Assembly (NCBI GenBank): GCA_947856675.1
Contig: CANUCM010000067.1
Span: 8,864 to 72,863, forward strand
Direction of reading: 5' to 3'
From: an uncultured Clostridia bacterium
Lineage (GTDB): Bacteria; Bacillota; Clostridia; Oscillospirales; Butyricicoccaceae
DNA: 64,000 bases
Position numbers and translations under genes: made by a program. Numbering within the stretch: the stretch's first letter is position 1; each line of letters starts with the position of its first letter. The notes under the pieces were generated by a model. That model was given only the letters and a program-made list of their open reading frames with translations, did no database searches and was not told the DNA's origin. Shown one piece after another: positions 48,940 through 60,012 of the stretch.

Positions 48940-49277
48940 CAGCACAGGGAACAGGGAAGGAAGGCGAGCTGCTGGCCGCGCGGTATCTCAGAAAAAAGGG
49001 CTTTGCCATTGTCGCCATGAATTATAAAACCCGCCTGGGGGAAATTGATTTAATTGCCGAGCGCCGGGGCGTCACCGTGTTTGTTGAAGTCAAAACCCGG
49101 AAAAACGCTTCGTTTTCCACGGCAGCCGAAGCAGTGACTCCGGCCAAGCAGCAGCGGCTGCGTTTGGCGGCGCAGGCCTGGCTTGCCGAAAAAGGGGAGT
49201 GCCCCTGCCGGTTCGACGTCGTGGAAGTGTACACCCAGACCCGGCAGATTCGTCACATTCAAAACGCCTTTTCCTGA
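48936..49277 (+). CDS. yraN: YraN-family endonuclease (UPF0102)
   Basis: 113 aa with GE..A..YL...G......NY....GEIDLIA and VFVEVK motifs. Confidence 0.85.
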   Translation: MTAQGTGKEGELLAARYLRKKGFAIVAMNYKTRLGEIDLIAERRGVTVFVEVKTRKNASFSTAAEAVTPAKQQRLRLAAQAWLAEKGECPCRFDVVEVYTQTRQIRHIQNAFS

Positions 49278-49285
49278 GGTGAATT

Positions 49286-49990
49286 ATGGCTCTTTATACC
49301 ATTGGTGATCCGCATCTGTCCGACGGCGTGCAAAAACCCATGGACGTATTCGGCGGCGTTTGGCATGGCTACCGCGAAAAGCTCGAACAAAACCTGCGGC
49401 AGCTTTTGCAGCCGGACGACATGCTGGTTATCGCCGGTGATTTTTCCTGGGGAATGACGCTTGCCCAGGCACTGCCGGACTTCCGGTTTCTCGAGTCTCT
49501 GCCGGGGCAAAAAGTGCTCCTGAAAGGGAACCATGATTACTGGTGGGAAACGCTGTCCAAAATGCAAAGATTTTTTGCGGAAAATTCTATAAACAGCTTG
49601 CAATTTCTGCACAATAATTGTATTTTTTATAAGGGCACTGCTTTGTGCGGCACCCGCGGGTGGTTTTATGATCCGAACGACCCCTCAGCGCGGGACGACA
49701 AAATATTCCGCCGCGAGCTGTGCAGGCTGGAAGCGTCCCTGCGCCTGGCGAGGCAGCAGTCGCCAGAATGTGAGGTTTTTTGTTTTCTGCATTACCCGCC
49801 TGTTTTTTCCGGAACGGAAGTACCGGAAATTACCGGCCTTTTGCAGCAATACGGCGTATCACGGTGCTATTACGGCCACCTTCACGGAGAAAGCTGCCGC
49901 GGCGCTTTCTCCGGCCTGCGCGGCGGCATAGAGTACCGGCTGGTGTCCGCCGACGCACTGCATTTCCGTCCGCTTATCATTATGGAATAA
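49286..49990 (+). CDS. metallophosphoesterase-family protein
   Basis: 234 aa with GDPH, AGDFSW and GNHDYWW motifs. Confidence 0.75.
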   Translation: MALYTIGDPHLSDGVQKPMDVFGGVWHGYREKLEQNLRQLLQPDDMLVIAGDFSWGMTLAQALPDFRFLESLPGQKVLLKGNHDYWWETLSKMQRFFAENSINSLQFLHNNCIFYKGTALCGTRGWFYDPNDPSARDDKIFRRELCRLEASLRLARQQSPECEVFCFLHYPPVFSGTEVPEITGLLQQYGVSRCYYGHLHGESCRGAFSGLRGGIEYRLVSADALHFRPLIIME

Positions 49991-50028
49991 CAAATAGAAA
50001 AGATAGAACCATCAAGGAGGACAACATT

Positions 50029-51450
50029 GTGAAATTGACCGGCGTGGAAAAACAGGAAAAAAGCATGGTGGCACTTTCTGTCACCGTGGACAAGGATGAG
50101 TTTGAAAAAGCCTGCGAAAAGGCATACCATCAGAACGTCAAAAAGATGAATGTTCCCGGTTTCCGCAAGGGCAAAGCCCCCCGCAAAATGATTGAAACGC
50201 TCTACGGACCCGAAATCTTCCACGAAGACGCCATGAACATCTGCTACCCCGAAGCGTATGAAAGCGCTGTGGCCGAAGCCGGCATTGAACCCGTCGGCTA
50301 CCCGCACCTTTCGGAGTACAACATCGAAGACGGCGTGTTCACTTTTAAAGCCCTGGTTCCCGTTTACCCCGAAATCTCCCTTAAGGCCTACAAAGAGCTG
50401 GAGGCGGAAAAGGCCCCGGTTTCTGTCAGCGACGAAGAAGTGGATACGGAAGTCGATCACCTGGCCGAGCGCAATGCCCGCATCGTTACCGTTGATCGCC
50501 CCGTTCAGAACGGAGACACTCTGCAGTTTGATTTTGACGGCTATGTCGACGGCAAGCCCTTCGAAGGCGGCAAAGCCGAAAACTACAGCCTGAAAATTGG
50601 TTCCGGCATGTTTATCCCCGGCTTTGAAGATCAGCTGGTCGGAAAAAAAGCCGGCGAAGAGTGTGATGTGGAGGTCACATTCCCCGAAGACTATCATGCA
50701 AAAGAGCTGGCCGGCAAGCCTGCCGTCTTTAAATGCAAGCTGCACGAAGTAAAGGAGAGCCAGAAGCCCGCCCTGGACGACGAGTTTGCCAAAGACGTTT
50801 CCGAGTTTGATACATTGGCCGAGCTGAAAGCCGACATCAAGGCAAAAATTCTCGCGAGCAAGCAGCAGCAGGCCGACAACGCCTTTGAGGAAAGCCTTTT
50901 GACCAAAGTTGTGGAAGGCCTGGAAGGCGACATCCCCGAGGATATGTTCGAGCGGCAGCTCGACCGGATTGTCGAAGACTTCGGCTACAAAATGCAGATG
51001 CAGGGCATCGCTCTGGATGCCTACCTCAAGATGAACAACATGGAGCCCGCCGCGTTCCGCAATCTGTTCCGCGATCAGGCAGAACGCCAGGTCAAGGTCC
51101 GTCTTGCCCTGGAAGCTGTGGCACGGCTTGAAAACATTGAGGTTTCTGCCGAAGAGGTCGACGCTGAATACACACGCCTGGCGGAACAGTACAAAATGGA
51201 GCCGGCCCGCATTCGTGAACTGATCGCCGAAAAAGATCTCAAATCCGATCTTTCTTCGCAGAAAGCGCTGGAACTCATCAAAAACAGCGCCAAAGCGGTA
51301 GAGCCCAAGCAGGAAGCCCCGGCCGAAGAGGAAGCGAAGCCGGAGAAAAAAGCCGCTAAAAAATCCACGAAAAAGGCAGAGGCTGCCGAAGAAGGGCAGG
51401 AAGAAAAGCCCGCCAAAAAAACGACAAAAAAATCTTCCAAAGCCGAGTAA
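50029..51450 (+). CDS. tig: trigger factor
   Basis: GTG 50029 lies 8 nt after AAGGAGG. The ribosome-binding motif GFRKGKAP and an FKBP domain are present. The track start at 49780 lies inside the preceding gene. The C-terminal tail is Lys/Glu/Ala-rich. Confidence 0.9.
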   Translation: MKLTGVEKQEKSMVALSVTVDKDEFEKACEKAYHQNVKKMNVPGFRKGKAPRKMIETLYGPEIFHEDAMNICYPEAYESAVAEAGIEPVGYPHLSEYNIEDGVFTFKALVPVYPEISLKAYKELEAEKAPVSVSDEEVDTEVDHLAERNARIVTVDRPVQNGDTLQFDFDGYVDGKPFEGGKAENYSLKIGSGMFIPGFEDQLVGKKAGEECDVEVTFPEDYHAKELAGKPAVFKCKLHEVKESQKPALDDEFAKDVSEFDTLAELKADIKAKILASKQQQADNAFEESLLTKVVEGLEGDIPEDMFERQLDRIVEDFGYKMQMQGIALDAYLKMNNMEPAAFRNLFRDQAERQVKVRLALEAVARLENIEVSAEEVDAEYTRLAEQYKMEPARIRELIAEKDLKSDLSSQKALELIKNSAKAVEPKQEAPAEEEAKPEKKAAKKSTKKAEAAEEGQEEKPAKKTTKKSSKAE

Positions 51451-51482
51451 AATAGTGTCATTGCATTGAGAGGAGCATTACA

Positions 51483-52064
51483 ATGGCTTATATTCCCATG
51501 GTAGTCGAGCAAACCAACCGCGGAGAGCGTTCCTATGACATTTTTTCCCGTCTGCTCAACGACCGTATCATCATCCTGTCTGACGAAGTCAACGATCAAA
51601 CCGCCAGTCTGGTCGTAGCCCAGCTTCTGTATCTCGAAGCTCAGGATCCCGACAAGGACATCAGCTTTTATATCAACAGCCCTGGCGGCTCAGTGACAGC
51701 AGGCATGGCGATTTACGACACCATGCAGTATATCAAATGTGATGTTTCCACCATTTGTGTCGGTATGGCCGCCAGTATGGGAGCCTTCCTTCTGTGCGCC
51801 GGTGCAAAAGGGAAACGCTATGCGCTTCCCAACAGCGAGATCATGATTCATCAGCCCATGGGCGGAACACAGGGACAGGCCTCCGATATGAAAATCCGCA
51901 CGGACTGGATTTTGAAAACCCGCGAAAAGCTCAACAGAATCATGAGCGAACGCACCGGACAGCCCTTTGAAGTGGTTGAGCGTGACACCGATCGCGACAA
52001 CTTCATGTCGGCTGAGCAGGCAAAAGAATACGGCCTTATCGACAAAATCATGGACAAACGCTAA
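51483..52064 (+). CDS. clpP: ATP-dependent Clp protease proteolytic subunit
   Basis: 193 aa with [11 protein letters not shown] and the GMAASMG (catalytic Ser) motif. Confidence 0.95.
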   Translation: MAYIPMVVEQTNRGERSYDIFSRLLNDRIIILSDEVNDQTASLVVAQLLYLEAQDPDKDISFYINSPGGSVTAGMAIYDTMQYIKCDVSTICVGMAASMGAFLLCAGAKGKRYALPNSEIMIHQPMGGTQGQASDMKIRTDWILKTREKLNRIMSERTGQPFEVVERDTDRDNFMSAEQAKEYGLIDKIMDKR

Positions 52065-52075
52065 ATTTTCAAACG

Positions 52076-52103
52076 GCCCGGCGGCATACGCCGTCGGGCT
52101 TTT
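52076..52103 (+). terminator. hairpin with short U-tract between clpP and clpX (possible partial terminator)
   Basis: 9-bp GC-rich stem gcccggcgg / ccgtcgggc (one G-U pair) with a 6-nt loop and TTTT at 52100-52103. It ends just before the clpX RBS AAGGAG. Confidence 0.5.
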
Positions 52104-52118
52104 CAGTAAGGAGCAACT

Positions 52119-53414
52119 ATGCCATCGAATGACAAACGAGAAATCCGCTGCAGTTTTTGCGGCCGTACGCAGGACGAGGTCAAGCGCATTATTGCCGGAC
52201 CCGGTGCGTATATCTGCAATGAGTGCGTGGAAATCTGCGCGGATCTCATTGCAGACGAAGCGGAACAGGAACAGGGAGAAGCGCGCTTTAAGCTGGATGA
52301 AACGCTTCCTACACCTGCGGAAATCAAAAAGAGTCTGGACGAATATGTAATCGGCCAGGATCGTGCCAAAATCGCCCTGTCTGTGGCAGTATACAACCAT
52401 TATAAACGCATCATGCATGCCGGCGAAGGGGATGTGGAAGTCCAAAAAAGCAACATCCTGATGCTGGGCCCCACCGGTGTCGGAAAAACATTTCTTGCGC
52501 AGACACTGGCCCGCTCCCTGCATGTGCCTTTCGCCATTGCCGATGCAACGACGCTGACAGAAGCCGGTTACGTCGGAGAGGATGTCGAAAATATCCTGCT
52601 TCGTCTGATTCAGGCTGCGGATTTCGACGTAGAACTGGCTCAGCGCGGCATTATTTATATCGACGAGCTGGACAAAATCGCCCGAAAAAGCGAAAACCCC
52701 TCCATCACCCGTGATGTGTCGGGCGAAGGGGTACAGCAAGCGCTGCTGAAAATCCTGGAAGGCACGGTAGCCAATGTTCCGCCGCAAGGGGGACGAAAGC
52801 ACCCGCAGCAGGAGTTTATTCAAATCGACACCACCAATATCCTGTTTATCTGCGGCGGTGCGTTTGACGGTCTTGAGAAAGTTATTGAAAAGCGCATCGG
52901 AAAAAAGGGCATCGGCTTCGGCGCCGAGGTGCAAAGCAAAGCGGAAAAGGACAGTGCCGTTTTGCTCCGGCAGGCCGAGCATCACGACATCGTCAAGTTC
53001 GGAATTATTCCCGAGCTGGTCGGCCGTCTTCCGGTGCTGGTCACGCTGGACGCGCTGGACAAGCAGGCGCTTTTGCGCATCCTGACCGAGCCGAAAAATG
53101 CCCTGACCCGTCAATACGCCAAGCTGTTCGAGTATGACGGCGTGGAGCTCGAGTTTACGCCCGACGCCCTCGACGCCATCGCGGAAAAAACCCTGGCCCG
53201 CAGCACCGGCGCCCGCGGACTTCGTTCTGTGATGGAAGGGATTATGACGGACATCATGTACCGCGTTCCCTCTGAACCCGGTATTGTCAAGGTTGTGATT
53301 ACCAAAGATACCGTCAACGGGGGAGAAGCCCAGACGGTGTCTGGAGAGCGCGCCCTGCCGTCTCAGGAAAAGCAGCCTTCCCGTGCAAATACACGCATCA
53401 AGACCGCAAATTAA
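52119..53414 (+). CDS. clpX: ATP-dependent Clp protease ATP-binding subunit ClpX
   Basis: 431 aa with the Zn-finger CSFCG...C.EC, Walker A GPTGVGKT and a GYVG pore loop. Confidence 0.95.
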   Translation: MPSNDKREIRCSFCGRTQDEVKRIIAGPGAYICNECVEICADLIADEAEQEQGEARFKLDETLPTPAEIKKSLDEYVIGQDRAKIALSVAVYNHYKRIMHAGEGDVEVQKSNILMLGPTGVGKTFLAQTLARSLHVPFAIADATTLTEAGYVGEDVENILLRLIQAADFDVELAQRGIIYIDELDKIARKSENPSITRDVSGEGVQQALLKILEGTVANVPPQGGRKHPQQEFIQIDTTNILFICGGAFDGLEKVIEKRIGKKGIGFGAEVQSKAEKDSAVLLRQAEHHDIVKFGIIPELVGRLPVLVTLDALDKQALLRILTEPKNALTRQYAKLFEYDGVELEFTPDALDAIAEKTLARSTGARGLRSVMEGIMTDIMYRVPSEPGIVKVVITKDTVNGGEAQTVSGERALPSQEKQPSRANTRIKTAN

Positions 53415-53416
53415 GA

Positions 53417-53450
53417 AAAGACCGGGCATTTCACGAAATGCCCGGTCTTT
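53417..53450 (+). terminator. clpX-proximal hairpin
   Basis: 15-bp perfect stem aaagaccgggcattt / aaatgcccggtcttt with a 4-nt loop. Confidence 0.65.
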
Positions 53451-53460
53451 ATCTGCAAAC

Positions 53461-53494
53461 AAAACCGGCATGGCAAAAGCCATGCCGGTTTTTT
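53461..53494. terminator. second hairpin terminator between the convergent clpX and opp operons
   Basis: 14-bp stem aaaaccggcatggc / gccatgccggtttt with an AAAA loop and T/A runs on both sides. Confidence 0.7.
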
Positions 53495-53518
53495 CAGCAT
53501 GCCGCAAGCGGCAGACGG

Positions 53519-54469
53519 TTACTGCACCCGGGTGCACGCGCAAAAATGTCCCGGCGATATCTCTTTGAACTCGGGAGTCTGTGCCGTGCAGGCATCGCTG
53601 GCATAAGGACAGCGGGGTGCAAACCGGCAGCCCGGTTTGGGATTGATGGGGCTTGTGACTTCGCCCTTGATGACTTCCGGCTTTTTATGACGCAGCTCCA
53701 CGTTGGGAATGGGAATGGCCGAAAGCAGTGCTTTGGTATACGGATGCAGGGGGTTTTTGAAGAGCTCTTTGGAGGGAGCGCGCTCAATGCACATTCCCAG
53801 ATACATAACGGCAATTTCCGTTGAAATATGCTTAACAACGCTGAGGTCGTGCGTGATAAACATATATGTAAGCCCCAGCTCATCCTGAAGATCCATCAGC
53901 AGGTTGAGGATCTGCGCCTGAATGGATACGTCCAGGGCGGAAACCGGCTCGTCACAAACGACAAACTTGGGGTTCAGCGACAGTGCACGGGCCACGCCGA
54001 TACGCTGACGGCGTCCTCCGTCCAGCTCATGGGGATAAGCTCCGGAAAGCCGCTCTGCCAAGCCGACGGTGTCCATCAGCTCTGCCACACGATCAAACAC
54101 CTCACTGCGGGTCTTGAACATGTGGTTGATAATGATGGGCTCCGCAATGATCTCCTGCACGCTCATACGGGGATTGATGCTGGAATAGGGATCCTGAAAA
54201 ATAATCTGCATTTCCCGCCGCAGGGCACGCATACGGGCTTTATCATAGCCCATGATGTTTTCGCCCTTATAGTAAATCTCACCGCTCGTCGGCTCGTGCA
54301 GACGGAGAACCGCGCGCCCCAGCGTGGACTTGCCGCATCCGGACTCGCCGACAACCCCCAGCGTTTTGCCTTCGTCAATGGCAATGTTGACGCCATCCAC
54401 CGCGTGAAGGAAGCCGTTGGGCACTTTAAAATATTTCTTTAAATCTTTTGTTTCAATCAGTGCGCTCAT
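53519..54469 (-). CDS. oppF: oligopeptide/dipeptide ABC transporter ATP-binding protein
   Basis: 316 aa with Walker [10 protein letters not shown], the LSGG-like signature, and the C-terminal oligopeptide-type extension with Cys residues. Confidence 0.88.
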   Translation of the reverse strand: MSALIETKDLKKYFKVPNGFLHAVDGVNIAIDEGKTLGVVGESGCGKSTLGRAVLRLHEPTSGEIYYKGENIMGYDKARMRALRREMQIIFQDPYSSINPRMSVQEIIAEPIIINHMFKTRSEVFDRVAELMDTVGLAERLSGAYPHELDGGRRQRIGVARALSLNPKFVVCDEPVSALDVSIQAQILNLLMDLQDELGLTYMFITHDLSVVKHISTEIAVMYLGMCIERAPSKELFKNPLHPYTKALLSAIPIPNVELRHKKPEVIKGEVTSPINPKPGCRFAPRCPYASDACTAQTPEFKEISPGHFCACTRVQ

Positions 54470-55449
54470 TTTGCTTCCTCCTTATTGAAAAGATGGCAGC
54501 TGATCCGGTGTCCGCCTTCCACATACTCGGAAGGGGAGACGCTCCGGCAAATGTCCATACACTTTGGGCAGCGGGGAGAAAACTTGCAGCCTTCCGGAAG
54601 GTTTGTGGGATCGGGCATCAATCCTTCAATCGGAGAAAGTCTTGCCGAATCCACCTCCAGATTGGGGATGGAACCGAACAGGCCCTCGGTATAGGGATGA
54701 TGTTTTTCGCCGGTAAACACTTCATACGCAGAGCCGCACTCAATAATCTCACCGGCATACATTACCGCAACGTCGTCACAGGTCTGGGCGACAATGCCCA
54801 GGTCGTGTGTAATCATGATCAGCGAAGTCTGCAGGCGTTCCCGCAGCTCGTTCATCATGGCCAGCACCTGCGCCTGAATGGTCACATCGAGCGCAGTCGT
54901 GGGTTCGTCTGCAATCAGCAAATCCGGCTCGCAGGCCAGGGCAATCGCGATGACCACACGCTGTTTCATGCCGCCGGAAAACTGATGCGGGTAGTCTTTT
55001 TTGCGGGAAGCGGGAATGCCCACCATTTCCAGCACTTCTTCCACGCGCTTTTCAATTTGTTCTTTTGTACGGTTCTGCTCGTTGTGCAAAGCCAGCGCTT
55101 CGCCAATCTGGCTTCCGACCGTCATAATCGGGTTCAGAGAGGTCATCGGATCCTGAAAAATCATGGAGATTTTTTCGCCGCGGATATCCCGCAGCTCATA
55201 TTCCTTCATTTTCAGCAGATCTTTTCCCTCAAAAAAGATTTCGCCTTTTACTCTTGCCGTACGCTCGGGCAGCAGGCAGAGAATAGACAGTGCCGTCGTC
55301 GTTTTTCCTGCGCCGGTTTCTCCAACCAGGCCCAGCGTTTTTCCCTTTTCCAGATGCAGGTTGACACCGTTGACAGCATGTACAGTTTCCAAATCGGTTT
55401 TATATATCACTTCCAGATCGCGAATGTCCAGCAGTCGCTCACTCATCAA
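54466..55449 (-). CDS. oppD: oligopeptide/dipeptide ABC transporter ATP-binding protein
   Basis: 327 aa with Walker [18 protein letters not shown] and the OppD-type C-terminal domain. Confidence 0.88.
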   Translation of the reverse strand: MMSERLLDIRDLEVIYKTDLETVHAVNGVNLHLEKGKTLGLVGETGAGKTTTALSILCLLPERTARVKGEIFFEGKDLLKMKEYELRDIRGEKISMIFQDPMTSLNPIMTVGSQIGEALALHNEQNRTKEQIEKRVEEVLEMVGIPASRKKDYPHQFSGGMKQRVVIAIALACEPDLLIADEPTTALDVTIQAQVLAMMNELRERLQTSLIMITHDLGIVAQTCDDVAVMYAGEIIECGSAYEVFTGEKHHPYTEGLFGSIPNLEVDSARLSPIEGLMPDPTNLPEGCKFSPRCPKCMDICRSVSPSEYVEGGHRISCHLFNKEEAK

Positions 55450-55465
55450 TTGCAGCCTCCCTTTC

Positions 55466-56374
55466 TCAGTCTCTCAGCTTGGGATCCAGCGCATCGCGCA
55501 GTCCGTCGCCCAGCAGGTTAAAACACAGCGCCGAAATCAAAATGGAAAAGCCGGGGAAGTAGAGAAGATATGGAGCCGTACGCATAAAATCCTTCGCCTC
55601 AGAAAGCATGGCACCCCATTCGGGATCCGGCGGCTGAACGCCCATGCCGAGGTAGGAAAGACCTGCGGCCGACAAAATCATGCCGGCGATGCCCATGGTT
55701 GCCTGGACAATAATGGGGCCCATCGCGTTGGGAAGAATGTACTTGAGAATGATTCGCATATCCTTTGCGCCGTAAGAGCGGGCCGCCTCAATAAAGTCAT
55801 TTTCCACGACCGTCAGGATAACCGAGCGAATCAGACGGGTAAAGCTGGGGACGTTGGAAATAATGATGGCAATCAACAGGTTCTGCATGCTGGTGCCCAG
55901 GGCCGCGACAATGGCAAGCGCCAGCAAAATGGCCGGGATGCACATGAACACGTCCATGATGCGCATGATGATGTTGTCAATACTTCCGCCGTAATACCCA
56001 GCTGCCGCACCCAGCAGACCGCCGACGATCAGTGACAGGAACACGGAAATAAAGCCGATGGAAAGCGAAATTCGCGAACCGTGAATGATTCTGGCAAACG
56101 TATCGCGGCCAAAATGGTCTGTTCCAAACCAATGGTCTGCACTGGGGGGCTGCAAACGGATTTGACCGTTTTGCTCTATGGCCTTTTCATACGGGACAAT
56201 GAAGTCGGCAAAGATGGCCGCCAATGCAAAAATAATCAGTACAACCAGGCCGACCATGGCACTTCTGTTCTTTTTGAGTCGACGCCAAATCTCTTTCACC
56301 TGGCTGTTTTTCTTGCTTTTTTTCCTTTTCTTCGTATTCGCCGAAGCGGCAGCGGTGGGCATATTACTCATCAT
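55466..56374 (-). CDS. oppC: oligopeptide ABC transporter permease
   Basis: 302 aa, BPD-type permease with the EAA-like loop (FIEAARSYGA). Confidence 0.85.
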   Translation of the reverse strand: MMSNMPTAAASANTKKRKKSKKNSQVKEIWRRLKKNRSAMVGLVVLIIFALAAIFADFIVPYEKAIEQNGQIRLQPPSADHWFGTDHFGRDTFARIIHGSRISLSIGFISVFLSLIVGGLLGAAAGYYGGSIDNIIMRIMDVFMCIPAILLALAIVAALGTSMQNLLIAIIISNVPSFTRLIRSVILTVVENDFIEAARSYGAKDMRIILKYILPNAMGPIIVQATMGIAGMILSAAGLSYLGMGVQPPDPEWGAMLSEAKDFMRTAPYLLYFPGFSILISALCFNLLGDGLRDALDPKLRD

Positions 56375-56384
56375 TGTTCCCTCC

Positions 56385-57317
56385 TTACCGTGAATACTTT
56401 GCCTTTATGCGCGGATCGATAAAGGCGTACAACAAATCAACCGCCAGCATAACCAGGCAGAACAGTGCCGCAAGGAACAGGCTGCCCGCCATTACAACAG
56501 GAACGTCCTTTTGCCGGATCGCCGAAACAATGTGGTTGCCCAGACCGGGAATGGCAAACACCGATTCCGTAATGACTGCGCCGCCGAGCAATCCGCCGAA
56601 CTGCATGCCCAAAACCGTAATGACCGGCAGCAGCGCATTTTTCAGCGCATGGCGCCAAATCACGATTTTCTGCGTTGCACCCTTGGCCCGGGCGGTTCGG
56701 ATATAGTCGGCGCGAATGGTCTCCAGCATGGTGGATCGGGTCAGACGCAGCAGGCTGGCCGACCCGCTCAGCGTCAGTGTGACAATGGGAAGAATGAATC
56801 CCTGCCAGGAATCAATGCCGCTGGATGGCAGCAAGCCAAACCGCAGCGAGAAGAAGTATATCAGCATCATGCCAAGCCAAAAGCCTGGAATGGCGGCAAA
56901 GAACATGGCCATGACCGTTGAAAAAGTGTCAATGAACGTGTATTGCTTTACCGCCGACAAAATGCCAAGCGAAACTCCGATGAGTGAACTGAAAATTATA
57001 GAAAATACCGCCAATTTAAAAGTGTGCGGAAATTTTGCCCAAATCTCGTCAAACACGGGCTTCCGCGTGCGGTATGACTCTCCGAAATCCAGTTTGGTTA
57101 CAATGTCCTTTAAGTACTCAAAGAACCTTGTGAAAAATGGGCGATCGTATCCCAGTTCATGGTTGAGCTGAGCAACCGCTTCCTGTTTGGCAGCCTGCCC
57201 CAAAATCATCCGGCCTGGATCACCTGGAGTCAACGCCATAATCGTGAACACAATAAACGTGACTCCGATCAGAACCGGGATGGTAAACAAGAGCCGTTTT
57301 ACTACGTACTTATACAT
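56385..57317 (-). CDS. oppB: oligopeptide ABC transporter permease
   Basis: 310 aa with the N-terminus MYKYVVKRLLFTIPVLIGVTFIVF and the loop YIRTARAKG. Confidence 0.85.
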   Translation of the reverse strand: MYKYVVKRLLFTIPVLIGVTFIVFTIMALTPGDPGRMILGQAAKQEAVAQLNHELGYDRPFFTRFFEYLKDIVTKLDFGESYRTRKPVFDEIWAKFPHTFKLAVFSIIFSSLIGVSLGILSAVKQYTFIDTFSTVMAMFFAAIPGFWLGMMLIYFFSLRFGLLPSSGIDSWQGFILPIVTLTLSGSASLLRLTRSTMLETIRADYIRTARAKGATQKIVIWRHALKNALLPVITVLGMQFGGLLGGAVITESVFAIPGLGNHIVSAIRQKDVPVVMAGSLFLAALFCLVMLAVDLLYAFIDPRIKAKYSR

Positions 57318-57494
57318 CTGTCAAACCTCCCTTTAAAATATCTGAATTTGGGTGCGCGCTGTGTTTGGACGTTTTGTTTAACTAGCTTAACACAAAATCC
57401 ATATTAAATCAACAATAAACTGGCCTAAAGATAGTTTATTTTTTATCATTTTGATAAGTATTACAAACAAATCGTAAACGAACCGCCATCCTGC

Positions 57495-57523
57495 TTGCAA
57501 TGCATTGCGGAGCATTGTATAAT
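57495..57523 (+). promoter_or_regulatory. sigma-A-type promoter of lon, with an internal palindrome
   Basis: TTGCAA (57495-57500), 17-nt spacer, TATAAT (57518-57523). The spacer holds the 12-bp palindrome GCAATGCATTGC (57497-57508). Confidence 0.55.
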
Positions 57524-57559
57524 GATATTACCTATATCCAGGAGGTTTAGATATCTGCA

Positions 57560-60007
57560 ATGCAAGCAAAAAGAAACACAAATTTAAACGAAACCAAAAC
57601 TTATCATATACCGATGCTGGCTCTGCGCGGAATTACAATTTTCCCCAATGTGCTGTTTCATTTTGATGTTGGGCGGGCGAAATCCGTCAAAGCGCTGGAA
57701 CAGTCCATGGCGGGGGGACAGCGTATTTTCCTCGTCACCCAGAAAGATGTCCGGACAGAGGATCCCGGCGCTGACGACTTGTATACCATCGGCACAGTCG
57801 CCCGGGTGCGCCAGATTCTGAAGCTGTCCGGCAACAGTCTGCGCGTGCTGGTAGAAGGCGAGAACCGTGCCAGGCTGGATGAACTTGTGTGCACCGAGCC
57901 GTATCTTGCGGCGCATGTCACCGAATACAGCGCCAAGCGAGTCCGCCCTGTTACCAAGCGCGATCAGGCTCTGCTGCGCAGCGTGCGTGAATTGTTTGTT
58001 CAATACAGTGAGCTCGCCCCGAAGATGTCGGGGGACATTCTTCTGAATGTGATGGAAAATGACGACATGGCCTTTTTGTCGGATTATATTGCCCAAAACA
58101 TTCAGCTGCGCGGAGAAGACAAGCAGCTTTTGCTGGAACAGGCCGATGCGCGCCGCCGCATGACGCTGCTCAGCCGGATCCTGATGCAGGAAATTGATGT
58201 GCTGACTCTGGAAGCCGATCTGCAAAACAGGGTAAAAGAGCAGATTGACAAAAACCAGCGCGACTATTTCCTTCGCGAACAGCTCAAGGCCATCAACGAG
58301 GAGCTGGGAGAAGGGGAGGACGCCTCCGGAGAAGCGCAGAGTTATCTCGACAAAATTGAGGCGGCAGAGCTTCCGCAGGAGGTTCGCGAAAAGCTGACCA
58401 AGGAAGCGGGGCGGCTGGCCAAAATGCAGCCTTCCTCTCCGGAAAGCGGCGTTATCCGCAGCTATCTCGATACATGCCTTGAAATCCCCTGGTGCACGGT
58501 GACCCGTGAAAACTCCAGCATTCAAAAAGCGCGGGAAATTCTCGCCGCGGATCATTACGGCCTGGAAAAAGTCAAGGAGCGCATCCTTGAGCTGTTTGCC
58601 GTCAAGGCCATGACGGGCGAAGTCAAAGGGCAGATTATTTGCCTGGTCGGCCCTCCGGGCGTAGGCAAAACGTCTGTGGCGCGCTCGATTGCCCGCTGCA
58701 TGGGGCGGAAGTATGCAAGGCTTTCCCTCGGCGGCGTCCGTGACGAAGCCGACATTCGAGGGCACAGAAAAACCTATATCGGCGCCATGCCCGGCCGCAT
58801 CATCAACGCACTGATCCAGGCCGGCAGCCGCAACTGCCTGATTCTCATTGACGAAATTGACAAACTGGGCAGCGACTATAAAGGCGATCCCAGCTCGGCG
58901 CTTTTGGAAGTGTTTGACACAGAGCAGAACACTGCTTTCCGCGATCACTTTGTCGAGCTGCCTTTTGACCTGTCCGATGTGCTGTTTGTTACAACCGCCA
59001 ACACGCTGGACACCATCCCCGCACCTTTGCTTGACCGTATGGAAGTCATCGAACTGACCTCTTACACCGACGAGGAAAAGCTGCAGATTGCCAAAAAACA
59101 TCTCATGCCCAAACAGCTGAAAAAACACGGCCTCAAAGGTACGCAGCTGCGCATCAGCGATTCCGCATACCGCAGGATCATTTCAGAGTATACCCGGGAA
59201 TCCGGCGTGCGCACCCTGGAGCGCGAGCTTGCCAAGCTGTGCCGCAAGGCCGATCATAAGATTATCGAAACCGGCTGCAAGCAGGTGCGCATTACGGAAG
59301 ACAATCTGGCCGGCTTTTTGGGCGTGCCCCGCTATAAAAACGAGAAAATGTCGCCGCAGCCCGAATGCGGTCTGGTCAACGGTCTGGCATGGACGCGAGT
59401 CGGCGGAGAGCTTCTCGAGGTAGAAGCAATGGCTGTCCCTGGCAGCGGAAAAATTGAGCTGACCGGCAACCTCGGCGACGTTATGCGGGAATCGGCCCGC
59501 GCCGCGCTGACATATATCCGCAGCCGCGCCCGCGAGCTGGGCATTGCCGAGGACTTTTACCAGAAGCAGGACATTCACATTCATTTCCCCGAGGGCGCAG
59601 TTCCCAAAGACGGCCCTTCAGCAGGCATTACGACGGCCACTGCCGTGATTTCCGCTCTGACCGGGCGCCCGGTATCCCGGTACTTTGCCATGACCGGTGA
59701 AATCACCTTGCGCGGACGCGTGCTGCCGATTGGCGGCCTGAAAGAGAAAACCATGGCGGCTTTCCGCGCAGGCGTTACAACGGTTCTTATTCCAGAAGAC
59801 AACCGCCCCGATTTGTCGGAAATTGATCCGACCGTGCGAAACGGCCTGAACTTTATCTGTGTTTCCCATATGGATCAGGTGATTGATGTTATCTTTGGGT
59901 CAGAGCTTCACAACCCCGGCAATAAGGATGCCGCCGCGCAAATGCTTTCGCCCGCTTTGCCGATGCCCAAACAGGAGCCCCCTATACCCGCACGCACCTA
60001 CAGGTAA
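57560..60007 (+). CDS. lon: ATP-dependent Lon protease (LonA)
   Basis: 815 aa with a LON N-domain, Walker [10 protein letters not shown] and the proteolytic site DGPSAG. Confidence 0.95.
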   Translation: MQAKRNTNLNETKTYHIPMLALRGITIFPNVLFHFDVGRAKSVKALEQSMAGGQRIFLVTQKDVRTEDPGADDLYTIGTVARVRQILKLSGNSLRVLVEGENRARLDELVCTEPYLAAHVTEYSAKRVRPVTKRDQALLRSVRELFVQYSELAPKMSGDILLNVMENDDMAFLSDYIAQNIQLRGEDKQLLLEQADARRRMTLLSRILMQEIDVLTLEADLQNRVKEQIDKNQRDYFLREQLKAINEELGEGEDASGEAQSYLDKIEAAELPQEVREKLTKEAGRLAKMQPSSPESGVIRSYLDTCLEIPWCTVTRENSSIQKAREILAADHYGLEKVKERILELFAVKAMTGEVKGQIICLVGPPGVGKTSVARSIARCMGRKYARLSLGGVRDEADIRGHRKTYIGAMPGRIINALIQAGSRNCLILIDEIDKLGSDYKGDPSSALLEVFDTEQNTAFRDHFVELPFDLSDVLFVTTANTLDTIPAPLLDRMEVIELTSYTDEEKLQIAKKHLMPKQLKKHGLKGTQLRISDSAYRRIISEYTRESGVRTLERELAKLCRKADHKIIETGCKQVRITEDNLAGFLGVPRYKNEKMSPQPECGLVNGLAWTRVGGELLEVEAMAVPGSGKIELTGNLGDVMRESARAALTYIRSRARELGIAEDFYQKQDIHIHFPEGAVPKDGPSAGITTATAVISALTGRPVSRYFAMTGEITLRGRVLPIGGLKEKTMAAFRAGVTTVLIPEDNRPDLSEIDPTVRNGLNFICVSHMDQVIDVIFGSELHNPGNKDAAAQMLSPALPMPKQEPPIPARTYR

Positions 60008-60012
60008 CAGCC

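Noticed and set aside
51690-53543. 617-aa minus-strand ORF spanning clpP, clpX and the terminators
   Set aside because: It is antisense to two highly conserved genes and runs through intergenic hairpins. It has no recognisable domains. I treat it as a shadow ORF.
57335-57355. CodY-box-like sequence AAATATCTGAATTTG upstream of oppB
   Set aside because: Only about 10 of 15 positions match the AATTTTCWGAAAATT consensus. This is too weak in an AT-rich intergenic region.
57584-59128. 514-aa minus-strand ORF inside lon
   Set aside because: It is antisense to lon and has no motifs. It is a GC-driven open frame.
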